Shown here one piece after another: positions 14,160 through 29,761 of a stretch of DNA of 64,000 bases (within the stretch, counting starts at the first letter, position 1; every line of letters starts with the position of its first letter). The notes beneath the pieces were generated by a model that saw only the letters and a list, made by a program, of their open reading frames with translations, was not told the DNA's origin and ran no database searches. The translations under genes and the position numbers were made by a program. The DNA is from the human T2T-CHM13v2.0 reference genome, Homo sapiens. The stretch lies in the NCBI RefSeq assembly GCF_009914755.1, contig NC_060941.1, one strand, 5' to 3'.

Positions 14160-16537
14160 AGGCAGTTGCTTCAGGCGCTTTTATTAGGTTCCACTGCAGG
14201 GCTGGGGTCAATGTAATGCAAATCCAAGCCCAGTGATGCACACCTGTGAGCCGAAACAGAGCCGAAGCAGGAGCACCTGTGTCCCAGGAGCAGCTGGTTG
14301 GAGGGAGCCAGGGCCAGGCCCCACCTCCTCTCGGGACCAGGAGACTGGCAGCCGCTGTGTTCACCTGGGCAGGTGTGCACCCAGTCACCCCCACTGGATT
14401 ATGGTGCTGGTAGCATGAGAGGGTGTGTCCACACCAAGGGCAGGTGAAGATGCGAGGTGGGGCTGAGACCTCCTTCCCACAAGAGGAGGTGGCTGAGCCT
14501 CCCAGGGCCTGAACTCTCACAGCAGGGCTCACCCCCAAGCCTGTATGCTTAGCTCTGACTCTCTTTGGACAATAAAATAAAGTGCATTACTGAACAAAGA
14601 GTAACTCAAAACCAGAATCAGACAAATCGCCAATGCTTTTCCTTTAGCTAAAAGACAAAAGAAAACATGAATGATGTGAATGCCGGAACTTCAGAGTAAG
14701 GGAAATGCTGGTGGAGGACAACGGAAACTATAATAGCGTGGTGGATAAGGACGAGCGAGTGGGAGAGGAACTGGCAACGCGGCTCTCTCTAGAAGTCCGT
14801 GCTGTCCAGCCTCTGCCCAGTGGTGGGGGAAGGCCTTGGACTCACAGGGAAGCAATGCAGGAAGCCTTGGCCACCTAGGCTCACAGCTCATCTCAGGACC
14901 AGAGGAGACAGCAGAGGACAAAACTTCAGTGTGACAGCTGCTAGGAGGGAGAGCAGACAGCCCGCGGTGGGCAAGCTGGGAGTTGCATCCGCAGCAGTCC
15001 GCTTCAACCCAGCTCCTCTCCACCCTTCCTGACCCTCCACAAAAGCTCTGCCGTGACCAGACCCAACCCAACTGGCCCCTGGTCCCAAGAGCAGATGAGC
15101 TGCTTGGGCCTTCCACTTGGTGTCCCATGCCAGGCGGACCTGGAGGTGTCAGCCATGGCCCTGACCACTTCAGAAGCCAACAGGCAAATGTTCTCTGTTC
15201 ATAGTGCCAAGAATGTGGGTCACGTGGGCTTACCCCCCAGGATGGACACAGAAGTCCCTAAGCAGTCTGCAGCTGGGCCAGCCTCTCCCGTGGGTGCAGA
15301 GCAGCCCAGATGTGGCCATCATTAAGGCAAAGAAGCATCGAGATGCCCACCACTCCCCGGGTAAGAGCCAGGCCCCGGCCTGGCCACGCCACAGAGGAAC
15401 GCAGAGCACACAAGCAGGACCCCACCACGTGCTGTTCCAGATCGCCCAGTCTCCCTCTATTGGTACACTATCAATTGTGCAGTGCCCCAGGGAGGTCCCA
15501 AATGGCCCTCACAAGAGGCACAGCCCCTAACGCCCTCAGCCAGGCGGTGCAGTGGGACGAAGCAGCGTATTGGGGAGGGCCAGAGCATCGGCACCGGTGA
15601 CCCAGCTCTCCCACCCAGGCCATCGCAGGGCAGCCTCAGGGCAGGCGCCACCACTGCTCCTGCTCAGCCCGCAGTATCTGCAGTTGCTGCAGCTGTGTGG
15701 CTTGGTAGAAAAGTCTCAGGCACTGAGGTTTACTTCAAGGGAGAACTGACTGGTGCCCCCGTCCACACTCATCACCCTGGACACAACCTCGGGGGCTTCA
15801 CTAAAGGAGGGAAGGATGTGGAAACTAGTCTCTCTCACTCCCCTTTTGTGCAGTTTTTATCTTAAAAAAAAATAAATAAAAGTCTTCTGGGCAGGAATTA
15901 CTGATAACTGTTATTATAACCAATGCAGACTTTAAAATCCCACCTGGACATCGGGTGAGAGGAGGAGGGCAGGCAGCAAACCGACCTGCAGACCTGCAGA
16001 GGGGAGCCGTGTCCAGGGCCACTGCGTCCCCACCAGACAACAGCTACTAGAAGAGGAAAGTGGCCCTCACAGGCAGGGTGCCTGCCACCAAGCAGTCAGA
16101 CAAGGGGGTAACCAAGAGCTCCCAGCCAGAAAAACATGGGGGCAGGGAGGCCAAACAAAAAGCACTGAAAATAAAGAGAAGGCTGGGTGGTGGCAGCATC
16201 CGCCCCTCCCTGTGCGCCCCAATTCCAGGTGCCACGTAGAGGCGAGAGGTCTTTCCAACACGGCGGGGGACTTGTCAACAGGATTAGGCGTGAGGAGCCG
16301 CTCTGCGTTTCCAGTCTGGAGACTGCATTCAGCCTGCAGAATACCAGCCGTGGCGCCCGCTCTCCAGGGAGGAACGTGCTGAGAAGCTTCAGTGGGTCAG
16401 GGAGCCCAGGACAGCCAGCCCCTTGTTCCTCCAGGGCTGCCCACTATGGGGCAGTTACAGGGAACACACTCAGCAACGCTTCTGGCTTCAGGAAGGGCTG
16501 GGCTGGGCCCGGTCCTAGCCAGCAGAGGGCAGGCGCC
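14160..16537 (-). other. NPLOC4: NPLOC4 3'UTR (~2.4 kb)
   Basis: Repeat-free interval between stop codon 16538-16540 and the PAS; cleavage site estimated. Confidence 0.8.
14180..14185 (-). terminator. NPLOC4: NPLOC4 polyadenylation signal (AATAAA)
   Basis: TTTATT on +; first canonical hexamer I found downstream of the NPLOC4 stop; GT-rich minus-strand sequence follows (ctggtcctggtgtgtcctt). Confidence 0.8.
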
Positions 16538-16695
16538 CTAGGTCCTGGGGAGGCTGCACATCTCGCAGTGGCCTGTGCCTGGCTGGTTCATGAACGTGCA
16601 GTGCTGACAGGCCCACATGGCTGCAGTGGCCGTGTGTGTGGAGCCCCCGACGGCGCCGTACTCATGGAGACCTGGGAGCTGCCCGCCAACTGTGC
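16538..16695 (-). CDS. NPLOC4: NPLOC4 last exon, coding part: C-terminal NZF (RanBP2-type) ubiquitin-binding zinc finger, ends SLPRT*
   Basis: AG at 16696-16697; WACQHCTFMNQPGTGHCEMC has four Cys plus the TF and M ubiquitin-contact residues; TAG at 16540-16538. Confidence 0.97.
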
Positions 16696-16971
16696 CTGCA
16701 GGGTGGAAGAGAAATGAGCACTCATCATTTCTGGCCCACCAGAGACTGCCAGAGTGTGGGCATGGGGGCAGGGGCAGGCAGCTGAGAGCTCCCCGCCCCC
16801 AACATCCCACCCAGTGCTGGTCCTGCCCACACAGCACTCCCACCACAGGCACACTTTGAAGTGCTTAATGCCCTCAGAAAAATGCCTCCTGCACCACAGG
16901 GAGTAACAGGGAGCCTGTGCTTGCTGGTTCCTTTTTGTTGCAGAGGGTGCTTCTCCTTGTGAATAACGTAA

Positions 16972-17541
<570 letters not shown>

Positions 17542-18052
17542 TTAGCCAGGCGTGGTGGTAGACACCTGCCGTTCCGGCTACTCAGGAGGCTGAGGAAGGA
17601 GAATCCCATGAACCCGGGAGGGGAAGCCTGCAGTGAGCCGAGACCCTGCCTCTTCACTCCAGCCTGGGCGACACAGCGAGACTCCATCTCAAAAACAAAC
17701 AACAGGCCGGGCGCGGTGGCTCATGCCTGTAATCCCAGCACTTTGGGAGGCTGAGGTGGGCAGATCACAAATTCAAGAGATGGAGACCACCCTGGCTAAC
17801 ATGGTGAAACCCCGTCTCTACTAAAAATGCAAAAATTACCTGGGGGTGGTGGTGCGCACCTGTAATCCCAGCTACTAGGAAGGCTGAGGAAGGAGAATGG
17901 TGTGAACCTGGGAGGCGGAGGTTGCAGTGAACCGAGGTTGCAGTAAGCCGAGATCTCAAAACAAACAAACAAACAACAACAACAACAAAAAACCTACCTA
18001 GGAATGAATCTGCCGGCCCACAGGGTAATGAATTGTGTGCTGAACTTTCTAA

Positions 18053-18514
<462 letters not shown>

Positions 18515-19291
18515 TGAGCTACCATGCCCGACCTGCATTTCCTTTTGTGAAACGTTTCACCCTCCGCCCAGCTTCTTCTTCTGCTTTCTGTTTGATTAAC
18601 AACAGGCAGAGTTATTTTTAAGTTTCAGATAGAAGTCATGTTGTGTGTATGTACTGCTAATACTGCGTCCCCCATTGGTGCCTTTTCATGTTTCTAACAG
18701 TGCCCTGTGATGAGCACAAGTGTTTTGTTTAGATAAATTTATTTATCAATTTACCTATTTTTATGCCAGTGTTTTTCTGTGTTCTACCCCAAGGTCCTGC
18801 ATCCTGCCTAAAAGAATCTTTGCGTACCCCAAGGCCCTGAAGAGATTCAACTTAATAACTGTTTTACAGTTTTTATTTTTTTAAGACAGGGTATTGCTCT
18901 GTCATTCAGGCTGGAGTGGTATAATCATGGCTCACTGTGACCTCGACCTCCTGACTCATGGGATCCTCCCATTTCAGCCTCCCCAGAAGCTGGGATTATA
19001 GGCGTGGACCACTCACCATGCCCAGCTAATTCTTTTTTTTTTAATATTGTTTTTTTGTACAGACGGGGCTTCACTATGCTGTGTGGGCTGGTCTCACACT
19101 TCTGGGCTACAGTGTCCTCCAGCTTTGGCCTCCTAGAGTGTTAGGATTATAGCTATGAGACATCATGCCCAGCCTGCTTCATAGTTTTACCTTTTACCAT
19201 TAGGCCTATGACCCATCCTGAGCTGATCTTTGTGTCTTGTGTATACACGTCTGTAATCCCAGCACTTTGGGAGACCGAGGCAGGTGGATCA

Positions 19292-19549
<258 letters not shown>

Positions 19550-19709
19550 TCACACCTATAATCCCGGCACTTTGGGAAGCCGAGGTGGGTGGATCACTTG
19601 AGGTCAGGAGTTTGAGACCAGCCTGGCCAACATGGAGAAACCCTGTCTCTACTAAAACTAAAAAAATTAGCTGGGTGTGGTGGCAGCCACCTGTAATTCC
19701 AGCTACTTA

Positions 19710-19862
<153 letters not shown>

Positions 19863-21048
19863 TCATCAGAGATGCAAATTAAAACCACAGTGAGATACCA
19901 GTCAGAACTTACACCAGTCAGAACTGCCTATTATTAAAGAGTTGGCTGGACATGGTGGCTTACCACTGCAATCTCAGCACTGAGGCGGGAGGATCGCTTG
20001 GGCCCAAGAGTTCAAGACCAGCCTGGGCAACATAGTGAGACCTCATCTCTACAACAAATTTAAAAAATCAGCCAGGGATGGTGGCACATGCTTGTAGTCC
20101 CAGCTGCTCAGGAGGCTGAGGCGGGAGGATTGTTTGAGCCTGGGGAGGTCAAGGTGAGACTGACCTCAAATGCCACTGCACTTCAGCCTGGGTGACAGAG
20201 TGAGAACCTGTCTCAAAAAAAAAAGGAGGGGGGAAAAAAAAAAAGGTCAGGTGCAGTGGCTCACAGCTGTAATCTCAGCACTCTGGGAACCAAGGCAGGA
20301 AGATCACTTGAGCCTAGGAGTTTGAGACCAGCCTGGGCAACATGGCAAGACCACATCTTTTTTTTTTTTTTGAGACAGAGTCTCGCTCTGTCGCCCAGGC
20401 TGGAGTACAGTGGCACGATCTCAGCTCACTACAACCTACGCTTCCTGGGTCAAGTGATTCTCCTGCCTCAGCCTCCTGAGTAGCTGGGATTACAGGCGCT
20501 CGCCACCATGCCCAGCTAATTTTTGTAGTTTTAACAGAAATGGGGTTTCACCATGTTGGCCAGGATGGTCTCAATCCCTTGACGTTGTGATCCACCTGCC
20601 TCAGCCTCCCAAAGTGCTGGGATTACAGGTGTGAGCCAGCCACCGGGCCCGGCCAACCCTATCTCTTAAAGAAAAAAAAAAAAACACCAACCAAAAACAT
20701 TAGTTGGGTGTAGTGGCTCATGTTTATACTCCTAGGTACTCCGAAAGCTGATGCAGGAGGATCGCTTGAGCTCAGGAATTGAAGGCTGTAGTGAGCTATG
20801 ATCACTCCACTGCACTCCAGCCTAGGCAACAGAGTGAAACCCTGTCTCTAAAAGGGAAACAAAAAAGAAAAAAAAAAAAAAGACTGGTGTCATTGTTAGA
20901 ACTGCATCAAAGGGCTGGGTGCAGTGGCTCCCAGGTATAATCTCAGGACTTTGTGAGGCTGAGGTGCAAGGAATGCTTGAGGCCAAAGTTTGAGACCAGT
21001 CTGGGCAACACAGTGAGACCTCATTGATACAAAAATATTAAAAAATTT

Positions 21049-21570
<522 letters not shown>

Positions 21571-21894
21571 AAACAAATAAAAAGCAACAACAAAGCCCCA
21601 AGAATTAGCTGGGTGTGGTGTTGCAAGCCTGTGGTCCCAGTTACTCAGCAGGCTGAAGCAGAAAGATCACTTGAGCCTGGAGTTTGAGGCTGCAGTGAGT
21701 TACGATTGTGCAACTGCACTCCAGCCTCGGCAATAGAGTGAGACCCTGTCTCTACAAAAATAAAAATAATAAACAAAGAATTGTGTGAAAAGAAAACCTC
21801 GGCTGGGCGTGGTGGCTCACACCTGTAATCCCAACACTTTGGGAGGCAGAGGCAAGCAGATCACAAGGTCAGGAGTTCGAGACCAGCCTGGCTA

Positions 21895-22143
<249 letters not shown>

Positions 22144-22612
22144 TTAACAGAAGGGTTCTAGCATTTGTCCAGGGCCGTAGCTCCCGGGCACTCTGGTGCT
22201 CTCAGCTGCAGGGACTCAGGGCACTCGGGCTGCACGAGGCACCACGGTGCGTGAGGAGTCCCTGCAGCAATGCTGACAGAAGGTTCTCACGAGTGGGGAA
22301 TCGTTCAGGACCTGGTGACTGAGGGTCCGGAAGACACGCAATGCCTGCGGTCCGTTCCGTAGTGTCCACCAGCAAGAACATGGATGCTGCAGGCTTCTCC
22401 TCCTTACAGCTTTAAGCACTAAAGGGAAATTCTCAAGGAGACCAAAAGGTCCCACGCTTCCGGCGCTTCCATAAAGTTTCTGATTCTCTTAAGACAATGA
22501 TGTTCAAAGTGCTCCTAGGATGCCTGGAGATTAGTATCTCTGATGTACAGGTTTATAAAATTTACAGGGCTGTGTACCTAAGACGTACGGCCTGGACAAC
22601 ATGTCTGCTCCA

Positions 22613-22797
22613 TCACCGGAGCCTGCCACGTGCCTGGCAGGGAGGCCGAGTCTCTACTCGTTGCATTGCCGATGGCACCTGCCAGGATGCAGCTGGGTGC
22701 GGAATCCAGGGCACCACCGGCAGTGGGGAGCTGTGCAGAGTGGGCTGCTCTCCGGCCCCAGCCACGGGGTGCCGGGGCAGGGGGTGGGGGTACTCAC
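22613..22797 (-). CDS. NPLOC4: Alternative NPL4 C-terminus by read-through of the exon-16 donor (EYPHPLPRH...ARGRLR*), lacking the NZF
   Basis: Frame stays open for 60 codons to TGA (ORF 22613..22888); gives 617 aa, matching my recollection of UniProt isoform 2. Confidence 0.7.
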
Positions 22798-22900
22798 TGC
22801 ACAGCTGCTCGATGGTGGCCCACTGCTCAGACCTCTTCCATGTCTGGGCGAGCTCCTCATTTCTGGTCCGCACGGCCTCCAGCAGCAAGCTGATGCTGTC
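22798..22900 (-). CDS. NPLOC4: NPLOC4 penultimate exon (16; DSISLLLEAV...EQLC)
   Basis: AG 22901-22902; donor GCA|GTGAGT; 103 nt, phase 1 matches last exon. Confidence 0.96.
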
Positions 22901-23407
22901 CTACAAGAAGCCAAAAGGAAAGTTCCTCTTCGCTGTGCCTAAGGTGAGCAGCTTCCTGCTAGAACAGGTTTCTTTCTCCCCAACATCAAGACGTATTTCT
23001 GAGGACATTTTAAAAATCTTACAGGCTATCACTATAAAATGCAAACTGCCACAACTTACATCTATAAACGCAAGTGCTAAATTGAACTAGAATTTAAATT
23101 CTTCCCAAATAGGCCCAAGCGGGCATCTGTGCCTCTGCCTTGTGCTGACGGTGCTCAACAGCCCGGAGGATAGGAGCTCATGCCTCTCGTCCTGGAGGCT
23201 GGGATGGAGGGCGGAAGTCTTGACTGTGAGACGTGTCCTCCTCCCTCACATTTCATCCCTCTGCCTCTTTCTCCTCTCGTGTCTGGAAAAATGCACTCTC
23301 TATCCTAGCCTTCCGAGTCAAACTGCAGGGGATTAATGCATTAAGGATGGGCGCAGTGGCTCACGCCTGTAATCCCAACACTTTCAGAGGCAGAGGCAGA
23401 CAGATCA

Positions 23408-23728
<321 letters not shown>

Positions 23729-24709
23729 CTAGCAAGGTGGCTCTGGTGTAGAGGGAGCCTCACCTTTCACCACCTGTCCAGACAGATGGGCAGCAGCTGA
23801 ACCTCGGAGCAGGAGGTGCAGTTCCCTGGGCTGACTAGGGAAGGCACAGGCAGGGAAGAGGCACAGGGTGCCTGATGTCAAATACCCGAGTGAGTGGTTT
23901 TGAGACAAAATACAGACACAAAATAAACTAGCAGGATACAAGAACAGCTATAGGCTTCCTGACAGAGAAAGGCCGGGGGAGGAGGAGCCTCTCTATTCTG
24001 TCTCCTTCAGGGAAAAGTTCTGAGTCAGTGGCGGAGCAGCTCAGAAAGAATTTGCTCCTTTCTCTTTGGCATTTCCTGTTGGCTTGAACAGTGAAGAAAA
24101 AGCCAAAGTCGGACCCCTACACACGGCAAGAACCTCCTGGGGGCTGCTGCCCACTGGCCCCCACTACCCAGAGCAGCCACTTCTGCAAAGCACTCGCCCT
24201 CTTCTCCCCCAGCGGTGTCTCTTAAAAATGCCAACTGTGCAGCTGTGAGCTTGGGGTCTGGAAGCTGGCCAAGCCTTCTGGGCCAAGGCAATAAAACCAG
24301 AGTTGATTTAGGAGGAGGGGAGATATGAGTAAAAAGCAGAGGCTGTGACTCTGAAACTGTTAGAACAGGAATTTTTTAAACTGTCTAACTCTAATGCTGG
24401 AGGCAGAGCTAAATCACCTCTGCTTCCCATTCGATTGTAACAGATGAAACCGTACTTCCTCACAGAGGTGCAGACACTCAATGGAAATGCTAAAGGTGAA
24501 AAAATTAATCTTTCTATCAACAAGCTTCTTGTGAAAAGCTGCTGCCTACACTCTGCCCATAGGACAAATGAGGGGGACAACCTGTGACCCCGAGCTTTGA
24601 CCCAGTTTCCCAATCATGCTCTGGTCTGGGAGGAAAGAAAGCAAGACACAGGCGTCTCTTTGCAGCCAAAGCCCACTTGCTCAAGTGGACACCACACTTG
24701 GACACGCAC

Positions 24710-24826
24710 CTGCAGAGGCATAACTTCATTGGTGACCAGGAACAGCAAGAGGTGGAAATCTGAGATGGTATCCAAGAACACAGATGAGGTATTCTGAGAC
24801 AAATAGGTGGCCAAGCTATGGAAGTC
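24710..24826 (-). CDS. NPLOC4: NPLOC4 exon 15 (DFHSLATYLS...EVMPLQ)
   Basis: AG 24827-24828; donor CAG|GTGCGT; 117 nt. Confidence 0.96.
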
Positions 24827-25134
24827 CTAGAGGAATGGGAATAAACATGAATGTTCCATACAGTTCCCCAGTGCCAGACCCCGAAACAGAGCTGTTTCCT
24901 ACTAAGACGCAACTCAATACACTGAATGCTGAGACACCTCTCCCTCTGCCTCTGCAACCACGAACAGGGTCCAAGAAAGAGGAGCAGGCAGCTGCAAAGC
25001 AAGCTCTTGCTCTCTTCTCCCAAGAAGATGCTCTCAGCACACCTGACTACCCAGATGTGCAAGGAGACATGCTTATAAAGCTGACTCAGACTGGCCAGGT
25101 GTGGAGGCTAACACAGTAATTCCAGCACTTTTTA

Positions 25135-25587
<453 letters not shown>

Positions 25588-26305
25588 TCAGCAGAACCAA
25601 ACACAGAGCTTCAAGAGTGCACCCCAATAACTGGCTTTGCACCTCTGTGAGCACCCCAAGTCCCCTGGGCGGATGGGCACTGAGGGGATCAAAGCATAGA
25701 AGAAGCTTTGTCAGCCACTGAAGAAAACCTCATTATAGACATTCTTTGACCACCTTCTGAAATGTCTGTTAGCAAGTTATGATTTAAGAACAACCGTGTG
25801 TACACAGCCTGTCTACACAGTATGCAGGCGTGACAGCAAATCGGACCTGGCCTGATCTGCCAGTGAGAGCAGAGGCCAACACGGGAGCCACGCTAAGCAG
25901 CAGATCAACACTACACACGGGAAAGCCGAGGCCAGGCCGAGAGGGGCCACACAGCCCCAAGGTGCCTAAGAAGGGCAGCAGGTGACCAGGCAGGGGCCAG
26001 GCCAAACCAACAGTGACGAGGCTGCTGGCAGAAGACACAAAGCAACACATTTGGGAAAATTACGAGGTCCACTGAAGATGTGGCCAGTCAGGACGTCAGG
26101 GGATTAGCCTTTGTGGCCGTCCATCACCTAGCCATGGGAAGGGCGTCCACGTGACCAGCAGTGCCCCACAGTAGGCCCTAGCTGGCCTGTCACAAGAATG
26201 AATCGGGAGCATTTGAAAGCTTGATGTTTTCTGGAAAAACAATACTGACACTAGATAACAATCAGCAGTTACCTTAAATTATGTTTCTAAAGACAAAGAG
26301 CTCAC

Positions 26306-26401
26306 CTGTGTCTCACCCAATACATCCCGGTTTTCAATAGGAAATGGATTTTGCGAAATAGAAAAAGTGTAAACTGGATCCTTGGGGAAAGTTGTTGTGA
26401 T
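26306..26401 (-). CDS. NPLOC4: NPLOC4 exon 14 (ITTTFPKDPV...VLGETQ)
   Basis: AG 26402-26403; donor CAG|GTGAGC; 96 nt; conserved FPIENR. Confidence 0.96.
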
Positions 26402-29306
26402 CTAATGAAGAAAAACACAAACCCATGATAAATGAGGCTGAAAATGGTGTGGCCGACTCCCAGCCAGCCCAGAGCATCTCCCAGAGCCCAAATTAACGAC
26501 TCCTAGCAATTCTGAGAATGTTCTACAAGCTCTCCATCAAAGGGAACCGTTATCTATTAGTGTCATCTCTAAACGAACACTTGGAAACTCCGCCATCCTG
26601 GAGACAAACTACACCATATCCGGGCAGCCTCCGGCCTGTGCACCGGCCTCGACGTCGGACAAAAAGGGCACTGGGACTCCCCTCGTGGCACAGCTTCCCT
26701 TCAGAGTCACACAGGTTCTCTCCCTCTGCTATGGAGGAACGAAAGGCTGGTTTGGCCCCTTGGCCAGGTGACAGGAAAGGAACGGAAGGGCCAGGAGGCC
26801 GCCCCAGGAGCTGACTTTGCTCAAGAGAGATTCGTGTCATTGGATTCGGAGGGCAAATGAGCAATCAGCCAGCTTTCAAGACACAAAGCACCCTTCAGCA
26901 GCTCACTAAGCCCCTTCTGAATGCTGGGAGCCACTCCACGGAGCTGTGGGCTTTTCCAGGCAGGGGTGAATGTAAGGCCCTTGAGGAACACAGGGTTCAG
27001 CTCTTCTCTCTCCCTCAGAGCTGATACCCAAAGGCCAGCTAAGTCCTTCAGTCCTTCACTGGCTCAGACAGGCCTTAATGACAACAGAGGGCACTTTGCA
27101 CCTAAGATATAATCAATAGATGCTACAGGGACAGTGGTAAATGTGCAAGAATCAATAGAAATACCACTTTTATTCTTCGTGACAGACACCCCTCCCCAAA
27201 GTAGCACCGAGTTGAGTTGATGCTGCTTTTCTCTGCAACACAACAGCAGCAGCAGAGGTCACACCTCTTCCAGATTTAGGGGAACTATTCTGGTTCCTTT
27301 GGGACTATTTCTAAAGAATGAGTGTGGTTCTGGTCTGTTTTCTGCATCAGCAAAGGCAGTGAGTTGTTGAGCTAGCTGGCCCAGGATTTGCTGTGCCAGC
27401 GCCAGCCGCTGTGGAAGGACAGCTGAGCCACCAGCAGCATCTCTGGCCTGAGCTGGCCCTTCATGGGCAAGCGGCGGGGTGGGTCATGAAGACTCGGGCC
27501 GCGGTGCCACGTGTCGGCTACATGGCCTCGTCAGTTAGGGATCCTGGGCCTCACTTTACTCTTCCTCAGGATGAAGATGATCGGAGTACTCGCCTCCTGG
27601 GTGCCCAGCACGGGGCTGGTACACATAGTGTTGGTACACACAGTGCTGGGTCCCAGCTGAAGACAGGGGAGGTGCTGACCTCCTGCAGAGACAAAAGCCT
27701 GGCCTGCTCAGGCGCGTCCCTTGGGAAGGCCTAGAAATGAAGAAGGCGGCACCCCCAGAACACGTGCTAGTGAGTGAGCTAGTGGGACTGACGGGGGCTC
27801 TTGCTGGCCTTGTAACTGGCCCTTGGAGGGGAACAGAACCAAAGTCCACACAGCCCATCCCAGATGTCCCAAGGAAGGGCATCAGCTCCCATCTTACACT
27901 GAAGCCATTTCCCTACCCTACCCATCGTCTATCAGCCAGATGATGCCCCCAGAACCCACAAAGAAACCCCAGTAACACTGGCTGGTGCCTTTTCCTGCCT
28001 GCCCAGCCATCCCATCCCAAGGTTTAAGAACCTTGGCTGAGGCCAGCGCCTGTGGCCCAGGGCTGGGCATGGAGCTTGACACACCTCTCTGGGCACCTGC
28101 TCTCAAGGACTCCCCATGCCTCACTTCCACAGGGTCAAGGAGCCTGGGCATCACAGAGCAGAATGCTCTCCCACAAACAAGTACTTCTGAAAAACTGCAC
28201 TAAGGCAAAAACTTAACTTCCTTTATAAAAGAAGAGGAAAGAAGTGGGGAGGCTGCTTGGGGTAGAAGACCTGAGAAAGCTGGTTTTAAATCATGCCTGC
28301 TCCTCCTGGGTGCATGCTCCATCAATCTGTTTTCATCTTAATTACACCCTAGGTAGTCTAAAAACCAGATGCCTTCACGGCCTAGGTAATAAATATGTTC
28401 TCGGGAGCTGTCAGTTGGAATGGTGCATCGATGGGCTTGGCTCGTGGGGACCTGCTGTTCCGAATGCAATGATATTTTACTGCCTGAATCACGTGCCCAT
28501 CCAATTTCAAATGCAGCCTGAATAGATCCTGGCGTGGCAGCAGCATAGGAAATGAGCCGCCTCCCATCCGCTTTGGACAGAGCTCCGGTGGGGCTGATGC
28601 ACTGGCTTCTGCAAAGGCTCATCCTGCCATCCTTGCTGCCCTGTGGCCAATGGTACAGCCATGTCTCCATGACCATAAAATGCCTCCAAAAAGGAGCTGA
28701 GACACAGGGAAGATGTGGAAGAGCCAGGGGCCTTTGTGGCTCCTGGAGTTCCACCCAGTAAACCACGCTGAGCCCTCACTCAAGAACACTGAGTTACAGG
28801 TGTGTCCCCTGGGGACCACCCTGGACGGAGTGACCCAGACACACTGTGGGCTGTGGCAGCTGTGCTGGGGCTAGGGCAAGCACCTGCACGTGCAGGACAG
28901 CTGACAGCCACACACCAAGCACAGCACATCTGGACAAGACTGCTTGATGCTCCGGTGACTGGAGACCCAAGCAATGGGGGTTCGCTGCCTTCCAGAGGCT
29001 GCCTAGCCTGGGGTCAGTGGTCCTTTGTACTTTAGTATGGGGACAGTTAACCCCTAGGTTGACGTCAAGGAAATAAAAACCTGAGACTAAAACAAAAAGC
29101 CCTTAAAACTGTGAGCATTTCAGCAACACCGCATGCTCAGTGATTCTACAACCACCTCCTGGGTGCCTGTTCTGGGGTGGGCACTGCTCAAGGCAGAGGG
29201 TGCCTTAAATTGCAGCCTCCTCCCTTGAGCAGCCACCACCCAGCAGTCCCACCTACAAGGCGCCCAATGGGTCCACCTGCCCAAGCTGTGCATGGGGGGC
29301 ACTTAC

Positions 29307-29378
29307 GTCTATGATGAGATACTCCACAGGCAGGGGCCGGGCCAGCTGGGTGATCTCGTTGCCAAACTTGTCTACGTC
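29307..29378 (-). CDS. NPLOC4: NPLOC4 exon 13 (DVDKFGNEIT...EYLIID)
   Basis: AG 29379-29380; donor GAC|GTAAGT; 72 nt. Confidence 0.96.
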
Positions 29379-29470
29379 CTGCAATAGTCAGAGGGGAACA
29401 GCGGTGAGCAAAGACGATCAGTAGTAATGATTTTCCTTTCACATGCTTGTCTCACCTTTTATTTAATTAA

Positions 29471-29761
<291 letters not shown>

